From the NCBI GenBank assembly GCA_004431415.1, contig QPMI01000431.1:1-44176 (forward strand): DNA of 44,176 nt. Direction: 5' to 3'. A program made the position numbers and the translations under genes. The DNA is from Cyanophora paradoxa CCMP329. Taxonomy: Eukaryota > Plantae > Glaucophyta. Position 1 is the stretch's first letter. The number at the start of each line of letters is the position of its first letter. This document shows positions 25,983-38,204 of this stretch, piece by piece. The notes under the pieces were generated by a model, which saw only the letters and a program-made list of their open reading frames with translations, was not told the origin of the DNA and did not search any database.

Positions 25983-28900
25983 TTATGGTATACCATGACA
26001 TGTCCAATGGATAGTGCATGTGATACTTCGACTTTCAGATAGAGTAGGGGATGCTATGAATGTCACATAGATTGTTGTGTAGTTAGCTGTGGAGTTTGAG
26101 ATTCCAATTCTAAAATCTACATCCCCTGGGTTTGTTGCAGGAGTTCCTTGAAGTGTGGCATTTACAACAGGTGTCTGAGTGTAAAAAGGTGGGTCCCAAT
26201 ATAAAACATATGCATGCTGTGTTGTTTGACCCGCGCTTATAACACCACTTGTGGCTTGATATTTTCCTGATTTGAAACGTCTTTCTATATCATACCAAGA
26301 TGGAACTTGGCTGATTGTGTTTGTGGTTCCTGCATTCATCGCATAAAATGCTCTTGCATAAGCATTTCCACGACAGAGCAGTGTTTTATCATAAAAGTTT
26401 GCGGAATTGTGGAAGAACCATGTTTCTTGGTTTGTGGGTGATGCAGGAGTTACTATTGAACCCGATCCTACATACATAGTATTATTTGCTGTGATCGTAT
26501 TGGCTGTGAATGGATCAAAAGAAGGCAAATCTGAGATTTCTGATTTAGTGTGAGTATGGGCAAAATCTGTAATATTTGCCTTTGTGTGAGTATGTGCAAA
26601 ATCTGTGATATCTGCTTTGCTGTGTGAGTGAGGACCGACAGATGTTGAAGCTGTTGGTTTTCCGAAGATATTATCCCAATGACAGTAACCACTGTGTGAC
26701 GATATAGCAGGGTTTTTGCTCCAACCAACAGTAATCGGACCTGGAAGATAAATTCTTCCTTTCTGTCCATGAACACCAACTTTGGTTAGTCCTTCACAAT
26801 TTATTCCAACAAACTGTTTAAAATCTCTTACAGGATTAATTGCAGGAGCATAGGCATTTACTCGTAAACGAATATAAGTATTGTTTGATGGTTCAATTCC
26901 AACAACATTAAAGTATCTACTGTCATACTGACACGTATAATAGATATAACATGATTTCATGTCTGTTGGAACAGTCCAATACATCTTACAGCTACTACAA
27001 TCATCATCACCATCAATCCATGTGTTTGCCCAAGTGCTTGTGTTACCTACAAGTGGTTGCCCAAAATAATCTCTCCATTCTCCTGTGCGGTCTGTGGAAA
27101 TACCACTTGTAGCGTCAAAATTTGTGGGCGCTGTGTATGTTGGCTTGTTAATTAAATCATCATATTTTCCGGTTGTCGCAACAGTTGCAAATGTTGGTTT
27201 GTCTGTAATATCATTCCATAAATGAGTGTGAGCTGTTGCCGGAAATGTTAATGGTTTTTCTGTTATACTACTCCAAGGGTGTGTATGAGCATCGGGCGGA
27301 AACAGCAAAGGTTTATTTGTAATACCTATCCAATCATGAGTATGAGCAGCAGGTGCAAATGTTAATGGTTTGTTTGTGATGTCATTCCATAAATGAGTGT
27401 GGGCAAAGTCTGTTATCTCTGACTTTGTATGAGAATGGGCGAAATCTGTAATTTGAGACTTTGTGTGAGTGTGCGCAGAAGGAGTAAACGTGAGCGGTTT
27501 GTCTGTGAGATCTGCCCATAAATGGGTGTGGGCGAAATCTGTAATTTGTGACTTTGTGTGAGTGTGCGCAGAAGGAGTAAACGTGAGCGGTTTGTCTGTG
27601 AGATCTGCCCATAAATGGGTGTGTGCAAAATCTGTAATCTCTGACTTTGTGTGAGAATGGGCGAAATCTGTAATTTGAGACTTTGTATGAGTGTGCGCAG
27701 CAGGAGCAAATGTTAACGGTTTGTCTGTGATGTCTGCCCATAAATGGGTGTGGGCGAAATCTGTTATTTGAGACTTTGTGTGAGTGTGTGTAGAAGGAGC
27801 AAACGTTAATGGTTTATCGGTGAGGTCTGCCCATAAATGAGTGTGTGCAAAGTCTGTTATCTCTGACTTTGTGTGAGTATGCGCAGAAGGAGCAAAAGTC
27901 AGCGGTTTGTCTGTGAGGTCTGCCCATAAATGAGTGTGGGCGAAATCTGTTATTTCCGACTTTGTATGAGAATGTGCGAAATCTGTTATTTGAGACTTTG
28001 TGTGAGTATGCGCAGAAGGAGCAAACGTTAATGGTTTATCAGTGAGGTCTGCCCATAAATGAGTGTGGGCAAAATCTGTTATTTGAGACTTTGTGTGAGT
28101 GTGTGTAGAAGGAGCAAACGTTAATGGTTTATCGGTGAGGTCTGCCCATAAATGAGTGTGTGCAAAGTCTGTTATCTCTGACTTTGTGTGAGTATGCGCA
28201 GAAGGAGCAAAAGTCAGCGGTTTGTCTGTGAGGTCTGCCCATAAATGAGTGTGGGCGAAATCTGTTATTTCCGACTTTGTATGAGAATGTGCGAAATCTG
28301 TTATTTGAGACTTTGTGTGAGTATGCGCAGAAGGAGCAAACGTTAATGGTTTATCAGTGAGGTCTGCCCATAAATGAGTGTGGGCAAAATCTGTTATTTC
28401 CAACTTTGTATGAGAATGTGCAAAATCTGTTATTTGAGACTTTGTGTGAGTATGCGTAGAAGGAGCAAAAGTCAGCGGTTTGTCTGTGAGGTCTGCCCAT
28501 AAATGAGTGTGGGCATCAGGAGCAAATGTTAACGGTTTATCTGTGATATCCACCCATAAATGAGTATGGGCAAAATCTGTGATCTGATCTTTTGTGTGAG
28601 TATGGGCAAAATCTGTAATCTGGGCTTTTGTGTGAGTGTGATTTTGAATCCAACCTTGAACCACATTAGAGGTTGGATGATGTGGTAAATTTGCATTGCT
28701 TGTAACTGTAAGGTAATCTATTACAGTATCAGGTGAGGTTATTTTTAATCCTCTGTAAATATTCAGAGTCTGGGTATGAGTGAATCCATATTTTTGTTGA
28801 ATGTAATACCTCACAGCATTCTTTTCAGAAGTTGTCAAAGCCCTATTGAAAACAATCAACTCGGAAATACCACCATTCACAATATTACCAAATCCGAAAT

Positions 28901-31900
28901 GATTGACAGTATTATCTGGTAGATAATTTGTTCCTACAAGTGTTTCAATATCTACTCCATTTAACCCGACTGTGTAGCTGTTTGGAGTAATTGTTTGGTC
29001 AGTGTAATACCATGTATTTATTAAAGAAGGAACCGTAATAACTGGGCGGGTTTGGGATACTCCATTAATAGTAAACTGGTTCATTCCAATAGCAGTAGAA
29101 GATGTTGCCCCATAATAACAATATCGTGATGGAGAGGCGCTTCTGTAAAGTCTCAAATGAACTTGCATAGAAGAGGTAGTTGGATGATATTTTCCCACAA
29201 AGAAAAATGTAAGCCCATTTGAGAAATCAATAGTCCTTGTAGCAGAGGTATATGCATAAAAAGTGCCTGTTGGGTTTGAAACACTAACTTGGTTGTTGAT
29301 TTCGGGATTGGTGTAATAGGAACTGACTCCGGAGATAAACAAGTCTGGAACAACTGAATTTGGGACTCTACTTATTATAGTTGTATACGTTGCTGATTGA
29401 CCTGGTTCTCCTGATGCCTTCCAAGCAAAAATGCAGTTCGAGATATTTGATGCTGGATCAAAGCTTGGTGGGACATCATACCATTCTTCGTAAACCTGAT
29501 TCATGGTATTGAAATTGCAAGAGCCAATCGTTAGAATTCCATTTACTTTCAAATTGCTGGTCTCTATATTGCTACTGTAAATATTACTATTTACCGTAAG
29601 GTCTCCTGTGATTGTCCCACCAACAAGCGGAAGATATTTTGATAATTCATCTGCAAAGTCTGTTATCTCTGACGTTGTATGAGTATGCGCAGAAGGAGCA
29701 AACGTTAATGGTTTATCTGTGATGTCCGCCCATAAATGAGAATGGGCGAAATCTGTAATTTGAGACTTTGTGTGAGTGTGCGCAGAAGGAGTAAACGTGA
29801 GCGGTTTGTCTGTGAGATCTGCCCATAAATGGGTGTGTGCAAAATCTGTAATCTCTGACTTCGTATGAGAATGGGCAAAATCTGTTATTTGTGATTTTGT
29901 GTGAGTGTGAGTAGTAGGAGTAAATGTTAACGGTTTGTCTGTGAGGTCTGCCCATAAATGAGTGTGGGCAAAATCTGTTATCTCTGACTTTGTGTGAGTG
30001 TGCGCAGCAGGTGCAAATGTTAATGGTTTATCAGTGAGGTCAGCCCATAAATGAGTGTGGGCGAAATCTGTTATTTCTGACTTTGTATGAGAATGGGCGA
30101 AATCTGTTATTTGAGACTTTGTGTGAGTGTGGTGATCTATCCATTCTTGAACCACATTTGAAGCTGTTAATGGAGCAATCCACTCCTGAACCACATTTGA
30201 AGCTGTAAATGGAGCAATCCACTCCTGAACCACATTCGATGCTGTTAATGGAGCAATCCATTCCTGAACCACATTTGAAGTGGTATAGTTTGGAATGATA
30301 GCATTTGAACCAATGTGTAAGTTGTTTAGATAGAGATAGTTTGCTGATATTCGCATATTATCAGGATAGTAAAGAGGTTGAGTTATAGGAAAGCCATACA
30401 GCTGTTGAATATAAAACCTTACCTGTTGCTTTTCAATCTCAGACAAGGCCCTGTTGAAAATAATAAGTTCGGCAGTCTCCCCCCATGCATGCCTTGATCC
30501 TATATTATTAAATGTTGATGGTGGAAGCCAGTTACCAGCAAGAGTTCCTAAATGCTTTCCATTCATTGAATACGATATGCTATTTGAAGTCACAGTGGTG
30601 TCCCAGTATGCACATTTCCAATTCGTATATTCTTCAAAAGGCATATGCACAGTCGGGAGATTACTATATGTTGGCTGACCGTATTGCATGTTTATTCCAG
30701 CTGCTGCATTAATATATCTACTCATGCCCCATTTACAGACAGGTGGTGACACAAACCAATCTATATGCGTTCCAAACACACATTCATGCACTCCATAATT
30801 AGCGATATTAAGCACCCCGTTGGTGTAGTTTTGTGACCTCACACTTCCCACAAAGAAGAATGTTAATCCAGCACTCCAATCAACAGTATCTACTCTATTT
30901 GTTGCCAAATCAACAGTTTGACTACCATAGTTTAAGGTGAGTTGATTGTTTAGTAAAGGATTTATTTTATAGTATGATGTGTATGGTGAATTTCCACCCA
31001 GAGAAAATGATGGGATAAATGGAACAGCCAATGTTGCTCGGTTAACAATAGTAGTCCCACCTGCATTTTGTAGATGGGCGTAGCCAGATGGTTTTGCAGC
31101 TATCAAACAGTTCGGAATTGTAAATGCAGGGTCAGTGTTGGATGTAATTGGATAATAGGGTGTGTCATAAGTCACATCTAAAACCGTCCCATGAGTTCCT
31201 AATTCAATGTTGCTTGACACTTTGAGATTACCGGAAATGGTAAGATTACTTGACAGTGTCCCGCCTGTGAGAGGTAAGTAATCTGATAACCATTCTTGAA
31301 CTACATTCGATGCTGTTAATGGCGCAATCCATTCCTGAACCACATTAGAAGAAGTATAATCACTCTCTATGGTAGTTATTCTCGTTGCAAGTGCGGCATC
31401 CTCAGTTTGGAGTGCTGTAATTGCCTCTTGTTGTGTATAAATACTCTCTTCCAAGCTATTTGTTTTTTCTTGAAGGCTCATAGTCGATACTGTGCCTGAG
31501 GTTGATGTAGTCATAATAACGTTCGTCGCCAAGAGGGTGCCGGTTACTTTAAACTCATTAGTTCTAACAAGAATCTTGTTGTTATCCAATGGATATGGAT
31601 TTAAAGGGTCTTCCGGAAAACCGTATTTTTGCTGTAAATACCATCTAATATTTTGTAGTTCTGTATCTGAAAGGGTTCTACCATAACAAAGAAGTTCGCA
31701 TAAATCGAATTTTGAAACGCTATCACCCACATGTATTTTATTGACATCTTGGCGTGGATATCTTGAATCGGCGGGAACAGATATTGTATCTCGATGAATT
31801 CCATTAACTCCAAAATGAACAGTTGTGCTTGTTACTCGAATATCGAACATTGTCCAAGAATTCCCTTCTGTTGTTGATATTGGAATGCTCACTAAATCGT

Positions 31901-33877
31901 AGCCATTCTTATTGACATTCAAATACCCGCTTGTTTTAGTAATCAACCAACTGAGATTGTTTCCATTCACATGTGTTGAGCCGTCGATTCGTAAAACTGT
32001 TTCATTTGGAACGCTTGGTTTAAATCGAATGACAAATGAGACCGTAATTCCGCTGAAAGGAATAGTATCATAAAGAGTAGAAGTTTGATATTGATAATTG
32101 ATGAATGAAAATGTGTTTGTGGTAGCCACCTGGTAGAACTTTTTACTATTTGGACCGAGGAAGCTGAAAGTAACACTGCCGTAACTAACAAGAGTGTTAA
32201 CTACATTAATATAATTCCAAACTGAGCCGCCCCTTGCGTAATTTTGAGTTCATAAACAAGCGCTCCACTCTTCCAATTATCAGAGTTTGCGTTAAAGTGA
32301 AGTAGGCAATCTGCTATTTCCCTTGGATTATATGTAGATAAATCTTGGGATCCTCTCTCGAACTGATTTCCACTTAGGTGTATCTCTTTACCTACACTCA
32401 ATGTATCATTGACTGTCAGATTACCTGTTATGGTTCCACCTGTGAGGGGAAGGTAGTTACCTAACCAAGATTGGACAGTTGAAACTGCCGCCAAAGGAAG
32501 CAAAGCCGTAGCTAATTCGGTTCCATCTATGTAATTCTTGTTTTCTAAATAATCCTCTGTGACCACTCGTGATATTGTTTCGTTGTGTATGTTTTTTGCT
32601 GCTGCTCTCTGATTGATTTCCAAGACCCCTTGCTTATCAACATCATTATAATTGGTTTTAATCCACCCTATCTCACATTGCTTATAATCGTCTCGATCTC
32701 CAATTAAATCATCAGGTAAGAGCCGTTCTCGACTGAATATTAACTTTGGTCGCGATCCATCAAAAGCGCTTACATCAGTAACGTTAATTTGGATTGCTGC
32801 ATCTTTGTCTACAAAATTAATTGGATCAGCTGGAAGAGATGGGATAGGTGGTAATGTAACTGTCATCGGGATGTCATCTGGGTAGTAACTTGTTAGATAG
32901 ATGCCCGGTTTATTCTGCATTACTCCAATACCTCCACCTGCTGCAACTAAATTAACTCGTGTAGGTGGTCTGATATATAATTCGCCTTCCATTGTGGTGC
33001 CTGCATTTATTCCATGGCGATTGACGTAATACGCATCTAACATTAATCTTTCCTCTGTGTCTATATTCTTATAGAGACTCACACCATGTAGCCCATCATT
33101 CACAGCATCACCTGCTGATGCGAACGTAGGTTGCTGATCGATTTCGTCCCAATTGTGTCTATGTGGTGCTGGTGGAAACTCTTCTGGTGCATCGATTTCG
33201 TCCCAAGTGTGTCGATGATCTGCTGGTGGGAATTCTTCGGGTATTCTGTCAATATCCTCCCAATCGTGTCTATGATCCACAGGTGGAAATCTATCAGGTT
33301 TGTTTTCGATCTCGTCCCAATCGTGAGCATGGGGATCAGGTGGATATGTTTGGGGTTTATTTCGGATGTCCTCCCAATCAACAATGAAATCAAATAGATC
33401 GGGTGCGAATCCATCAGGTAAAAGCTGTTCATCATATGGTTCGTAGCGATCGTATGTTATAAGGTTTGGATCGAAACCATCAGGTAACTCATTATCTTCT
33501 TCGAATCGTCGATCTTCAAGAGGTATAACGTTCACATCTGGTGCAAGAAGCTCTTCTGTTGGTGGTTGATACACTGTAAATACTGGTTTGTTTCGGACCT
33601 TCTCCCAACTCACGATATGTTGACCAAAGGCAACGTTCTCTTCTGCTGTGTATTCCCTTCCTGGCTGTTTTTTTGGTGTGAGATCCGGTGGATCCCATGG
33701 AAGCGGAAACGGAACAGGGGTAGGTCCGTAATGCTCAATGATTTCTCTTATTGTTTTCTCACTAACAAGTTTCTCACCGTTTGCATACACATTGCTACCG
33801 TGAATATTTCGCCATTGTCGGGTTCTAATACCAAGGTCTTTGGTGTTTGTCTTCAAAGGTAAATGGTGGCGATCCAT
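25983..33877 (-). CDS. Giant phage-type fibre (~2,600 aa): HxH repeats, three LamG/ConA-like domains, lectin-like tip; one gene split by a 1-nt frameshift near 32243
   Basis: Adding one A to CTCAAAATTACG joins track ORFs 32201-33877 and 25983-32129 (LVYELKNYARGGSVW). Repeats HTHTKSQITDFA and HTHLWADLTDKPLTFAP, YLPL.GGT, and three ELxxxxRxL(S/T)xxE...RxYxQQxYGF modules. Confidence 0.85.
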
Positions 33878-33906
33878 TTCGACAAGGTCGGGGTGTAAAT
33901 GAATGG

Positions 33907-34503
33907 CTACTGGTTGACTGGGCTACTGTCGACCGTGATAGAGTCTTTCTCTTTGGAAGTATCCTGTGGAAGAGTGAAACCAAAAAGTGCGTTAGTTTCT
34001 GCATTGTCGACGATGTCCTTCGGATAAATACTGTTGGTGTGGCGAATCTGATTCTCTTCACCATGTGGGGCTACCTGTAATATCTGAGGGATTTGTGTTA
34101 TCGCGTTTGATCCTTCATTATAAATTCTCAAACCGCTACGATGAACTCCCTTCTCATCCTGGACATTGAATACCAAACGTCCGCTATCGAATCGTGTGGG
34201 AATATCGGGATGCGTTCCACTGGTTTTAAGTTTCCGTGGTCTCCTTCTGGTTGCCTTGATCTCTGCAACAGCGTTTTTTTTAACATTGCCCAAACTGAAA
34301 GCAATGCTAACATCTTCTTTATCAGGATCCGTTTGGTTCACCGATAAAGCATGAACCCGGGGATGAGTTTTCGAGGGTTTATCCGCGCTCTGATCAATAG
34401 AAGCCGACCCTTTAATGGTGATATTATCAAAGTTCACATGTTTTGGGTTCCCTTTACCACCACCTGATACTGTCTGTAAATTTGCTGGATAATTGAAACT
34501 CAT
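33907..34503 (-). CDS. Hypothetical protein upstream of the fibre gene
   Basis: 198-aa ORF, divergent from patatin. Confidence 0.55.
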   Translation of the reverse strand: MSFNYPANLQTVSGGGKGNPKHVNFDNITIKGSASIDQSADKPSKTHPRVHALSVNQTDPDKEDVSIAFSLGNVKKNAVAEIKATRRRPRKLKTSGTHPDIPTRFDSGRLVFNVQDEKGVHRSGLRIYNEGSNAITQIPQILQVAPHGEENQIRHTNSIYPKDIVDNAETNALFGFTLPQDTSKEKDSITVDSSPVNQ

Positions 34504-34551
34504 CCTGCTTGCTCTACTTATACAGATTTATTAAATTTAAGATAAGTAAAG

Positions 34552-36087
34552 ATGCCCCTAAAAGTCGTATTATCTTTGTCCGGAGGTGGCGCTCGTGGAA
34601 TCATCATAACAAGGTTGCTAAAAGAGATCGAAACAAGAACCGGTAAACGCGTTATAGATTTGGTCGATCTCGTAAGTGGAACATCCACAGGCGGTATTAT
34701 TGCTATCGGTCTCAATGTGAAAAATCCCGAATTTCCCAATGAACCTAAACTAACTGCGACCAACCTTCACGATACTTACCTCTATCATCTCCCATTGATC
34801 TTTGCGAATCCACGAAATATCATCTCAAATGCCCTTTTTAATACGAAATACGACGTAACACCATTAGAGACCGCCATTCTCTCTGTGACTGGGGAAGCTC
34901 TCATACAAGATTCACTAAAAGACGTTGTGATTACGACGTTCGACACAGTGAGTATGAAACCCATTTTTATAGCAAACGACAATGACTACAAGACCATACC
35001 AAGTAAGATTGCGGCACGTTCTACTTCTGCCGCTCCTACATATTTCGCTCCTGTCGATTACGACGGAATGTGTCTAATTGATGGCGCAATATCAGGTAAC
35101 AATAACCCAAGTGTTTGTGGTTACAGTCATGCGAAAAAGATATATGATAACGACGACGACATTATAGTTATTAGCATCTCGTGTGGTGAGGTTAACGAAA
35201 CCGACGCACCGAATGTAGGTTACTCATACGAAAACGTGAATACCTGGGGTATTCTTTCATGGATTGCTTCAACTTCTGGAAGTCCATTAATCAATATGCT
35301 AATGGCTGCAAGTGAACTTTCGGCACTTGAAAAGATGCATGAGTTTCTACCATATAATGAAGACCAAGGTTACGCTCGATACTATCGTATCTCAGTTCCC
35401 CTTCCAAAAGATATATTAAACTCCCTTGATGACAAAACAAAGATCCCTGAAATGATAGCTGCGACCGAATCGTATATAGAAGCAAACGACAATATGATTA
35501 ATAGACTCTGTGATTTGCTGGTAACAAACTATGAGATTAAGAACCCTGTCCGATCGTATGTGTCATCCACTCTCAATAACATACCTCCCATCGATGCTAA
35601 TTGGTATCTTCTGCCGGATAATGCGTTTACCGCTTCGTCTGCAAAATTCGGAAAGGAGGCATTTAAAGCCCGCCCATCATTAACTGGTTGGGAAGCGAAT
35701 GCATCCGCAATTAACGGAGTATGGGAAACGCCAACAGAATATCTGCAAATAGCATTCCCATATACATATGAGATCGCTTCGATAATTGCTTATGGGTCAG
35801 GTATAACAACTGCGTTTATTAAGACTTTCAATGTTGCAACATCGCAAGATGGGGTTTCATGGTCATATATCAAGTATGAAGGTGTGAATAGAATGTTTGT
35901 ATGTGAGAATATAAATAATGCACATAATTCTGGGGATGTATCATATAACGGGGGCTTTCCGCTTGCAATAAACGATGTTTTCTATATAGGTTTCCCACTG
36001 AGAACAAGATATATACGAATATATCCGCTGGTATATATAAATGCCCCGACCATGAGAGTCGATGTGACGGGCGCATTTATACGATAG
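34552..36087 (+). CDS. Patatin-like phospholipase fused to an F5/8 type C (discoidin) domain
   Basis: LSLSGGGARG, GTSTG, ARSTSAAPTYF, IDGA. C-terminal EYLQI...SQDGVSW...PLRTRYIRIYP...MRVDV. Confidence 0.9.
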   Translation: MPLKVVLSLSGGGARGIIITRLLKEIETRTGKRVIDLVDLVSGTSTGGIIAIGLNVKNPEFPNEPKLTATNLHDTYLYHLPLIFANPRNIISNALFNTKYDVTPLETAILSVTGEALIQDSLKDVVITTFDTVSMKPIFIANDNDYKTIPSKIAARSTSAAPTYFAPVDYDGMCLIDGAISGNNNPSVCGYSHAKKIYDNDDDIIVISISCGEVNETDAPNVGYSYENVNTWGILSWIASTSGSPLINMLMAASELSALEKMHEFLPYNEDQGYARYYRISVPLPKDILNSLDDKTKIPEMIAATESYIEANDNMINRLCDLLVTNYEIKNPVRSYVSSTLNNIPPIDANWYLLPDNAFTASSAKFGKEAFKARPSLTGWEANASAINGVWETPTEYLQIAFPYTYEIASIIAYGSGITTAFIKTFNVATSQDGVSWSYIKYEGVNRMFVCENINNAHNSGDVSYNGGFPLAINDVFYIGFPLRTRYIRIYPLVYINAPTMRVDVTGAFIR

Positions 36088-36266
36088 AAAAGAGAGGGAA
36101 TTTTTTCCGATTTTTTTGATTATATATATGTATATGTATACGTATATATACATTTTTTCCAAACATTTTTTTCTTGGTCAACCGGCATTACGGAGGTTTT
36201 GGTATATATAGTGTATATATGTCGTGACGTCACGTGTATATATGCGGTATATATGTCGTGACGTCA

Positions 36267-36508
36267 TTGGGGGAAGAAGTGTGATATGATAACTGGGGAT
36301 GAAGTATGATAACTGGGGGGAGAAGTATGATATGATAACTGGGGGATGAATTATGATAACTGGGGATTAATTATGATAACTGGGGGGAAGTATGATAACT
36401 GGGGGGGAGAAGTATGATAACTGGGGGGGAGAAGTATGATAACTGGGGGGGGAAAGTATGATATGATATGATATGATAACCGGGGGGAGAGGTATGATAT
36501 GATAACTG
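36267..36508 (+). repeat. G-run minisatellite, ~10 units of AAGTATGATAACTGGGGG(G)
   Basis: GATAAC at about 36288, 36308, 36334, 36355, 36375, 36394, 36416, 36438, 36475, 36501. Confidence 0.9.
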
Positions 36509-36620
36509 AACCCAAAATTCCAAGAAATTCATACACACTGCTGTAACTCTTCACCAACTCATCCATTTTCGAAACCGCGACCATCGCCGGAATCCTCTTT
36601 GCATCCTCTACACATCTATG

Positions 36621-38020
36621 CTACTTTCGCGAACTGGATCTTAGATTTACCCGGGTTTGTGGGGCTGAATATGTCTCTTTTGAGGTCTGAAAGTCTGTAT
36701 ACCATCTCTGACTGTTGACTTCTGATAGTTTCTGGGTTCCTGCTATGGTTAACTTCTTTAATTCACGTTCCGCCTTACCTTTCTTCTTGGTTCTGGCTTG
36801 TGTTAACGGTTCTTCTGGGACGTCATCCGCTTTTTCGATGCCTTCCTTGCGAATTGCCGAATCGACCCGGGCTTCTTCTTTCGCTTGTTCAAGTGCATCC
36901 ACTGTGGGCGCTTCGTGATACTCAACACCTTTGATAGGTAACAGTTCGTGGAAAGCGAATCTCCCTTCGACCATTTCGCCGTTCGGATTTCGCAACCTGA
37001 ACTTGAAACCCTCTCTCCTTCGACAGTATAGACGATTCGCGACCAATTGACACCTTGTTTAGCGAATGGGTTCTTTTCTATTCTCACTCTCACAAACATA
37101 CCCTGTTTGATACCATCCAAGTAAGCAATCGACTTCTTGAACCTCTCATCTTCTAATCCGATAATCTCACGGTAATGATCTTCCGTCGTTTCTGCTGGTT
37201 TTCTCTTGGTTGCTGAGTGGATGGTATTATTATAGTTATACTCAATGTCTCCCAATACATCGAAGAATCGCGCTGTGTTGTTTGCTATGCAATAGTTCGT
37301 GATCAATCGTTTGATCTGCTTGTTAAACGCTTCGATTCTACCTTGGCTTCGATGATCTGCGACATCGCTTATCTGATGGTCTATGAACTTCTTAGCAAGG
37401 TAATTCGTGAACATGTTATTTGTGAACTCGCTTCCGCTGTCACTCTGAACGCGTGCGATAGGTCGAGGAACTCTTCGTTGTAGCTGTTCAAACGCCGCAA
37501 GCGCCGTAAGAGCGCTCTTATCTCTCATCGGAATGATGTAACCCGTGCGTAAGGTAGATTCCATCGCGGACATGAACGTATCGTATCCGTCGTTTTGGTT
37601 CTTGTATGCTGGGAAGAAGAGCAGATCGATTACGTAGGTATCGAGAGGTTGCCGAATCGGAATCATCGGATCTCTCTTTCTTGAAAGGGTCGGTGCGTTT
37701 ATCTGAACGACTTCCTGTTTATCATACCATTCTCTCATCTTCTTGTAGTCTTCCTCTGGTAGTTCCTTTCTCATTGCCCCGAAACCTTTGTAACCTGTGC
37801 GCGGATCGTAAAACTTCTTCGCGATCTTCGATTCTTTCGTTACAGTCTCAGTAGGCAATGCCTCCGGGATCAGTTGTTTAACCATCTCCGACTTCTTTAA
37901 GATTCGTGTGTTCTTCTCTTCGACCGGAATGGTTATCGGTAGCATGTTCCCTTGGTCTTCTTTCATGCTCTTCTTTACGATTTTAGGAATGGGTCGCAAT
38001 CCTATCTGTGCTGAGGGCAT
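36621..38020 (-). CDS. Polinton-type retroviral-like (rve, DDE) integrase, 1-nt frameshift near 37030
   Basis: YVIDLL (D), QSDSGSEF (D), RIEAFNK (E), YNNTIHSATKRKP, GMFVRV. C-terminus continues in track ORF 36621-37046 (FRLRNPNGEMVEGRFAFHEL). Confidence 0.9.
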
Positions 38021-38204
38021 CTTTACTTTATTTTCAATATATTAATAATGGACGAGCCGGTTTGGACAGAACACCCGAAACCAAACTACTTTGCGATCGA
38101 TCCAAATGACCCCGGTTTAAGGTGCATATGGTTGCTGCATCTGATCCGTGGTTTGCTGCTACTTGGAGATCGAAAAAATAAAAGAGAAGTATTGAGCAAG
38201 TATA

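Noticed and set aside
32201-32260. Programmed frameshift giving short and long fibre forms
   Set aside because: The break falls mid-domain in an A run with no clear slippery heptamer, and similar 1-nt deletions are common in this window; error is simpler.
36351-36584. 77-aa ORF
   Set aside because: Translation of the minisatellite.
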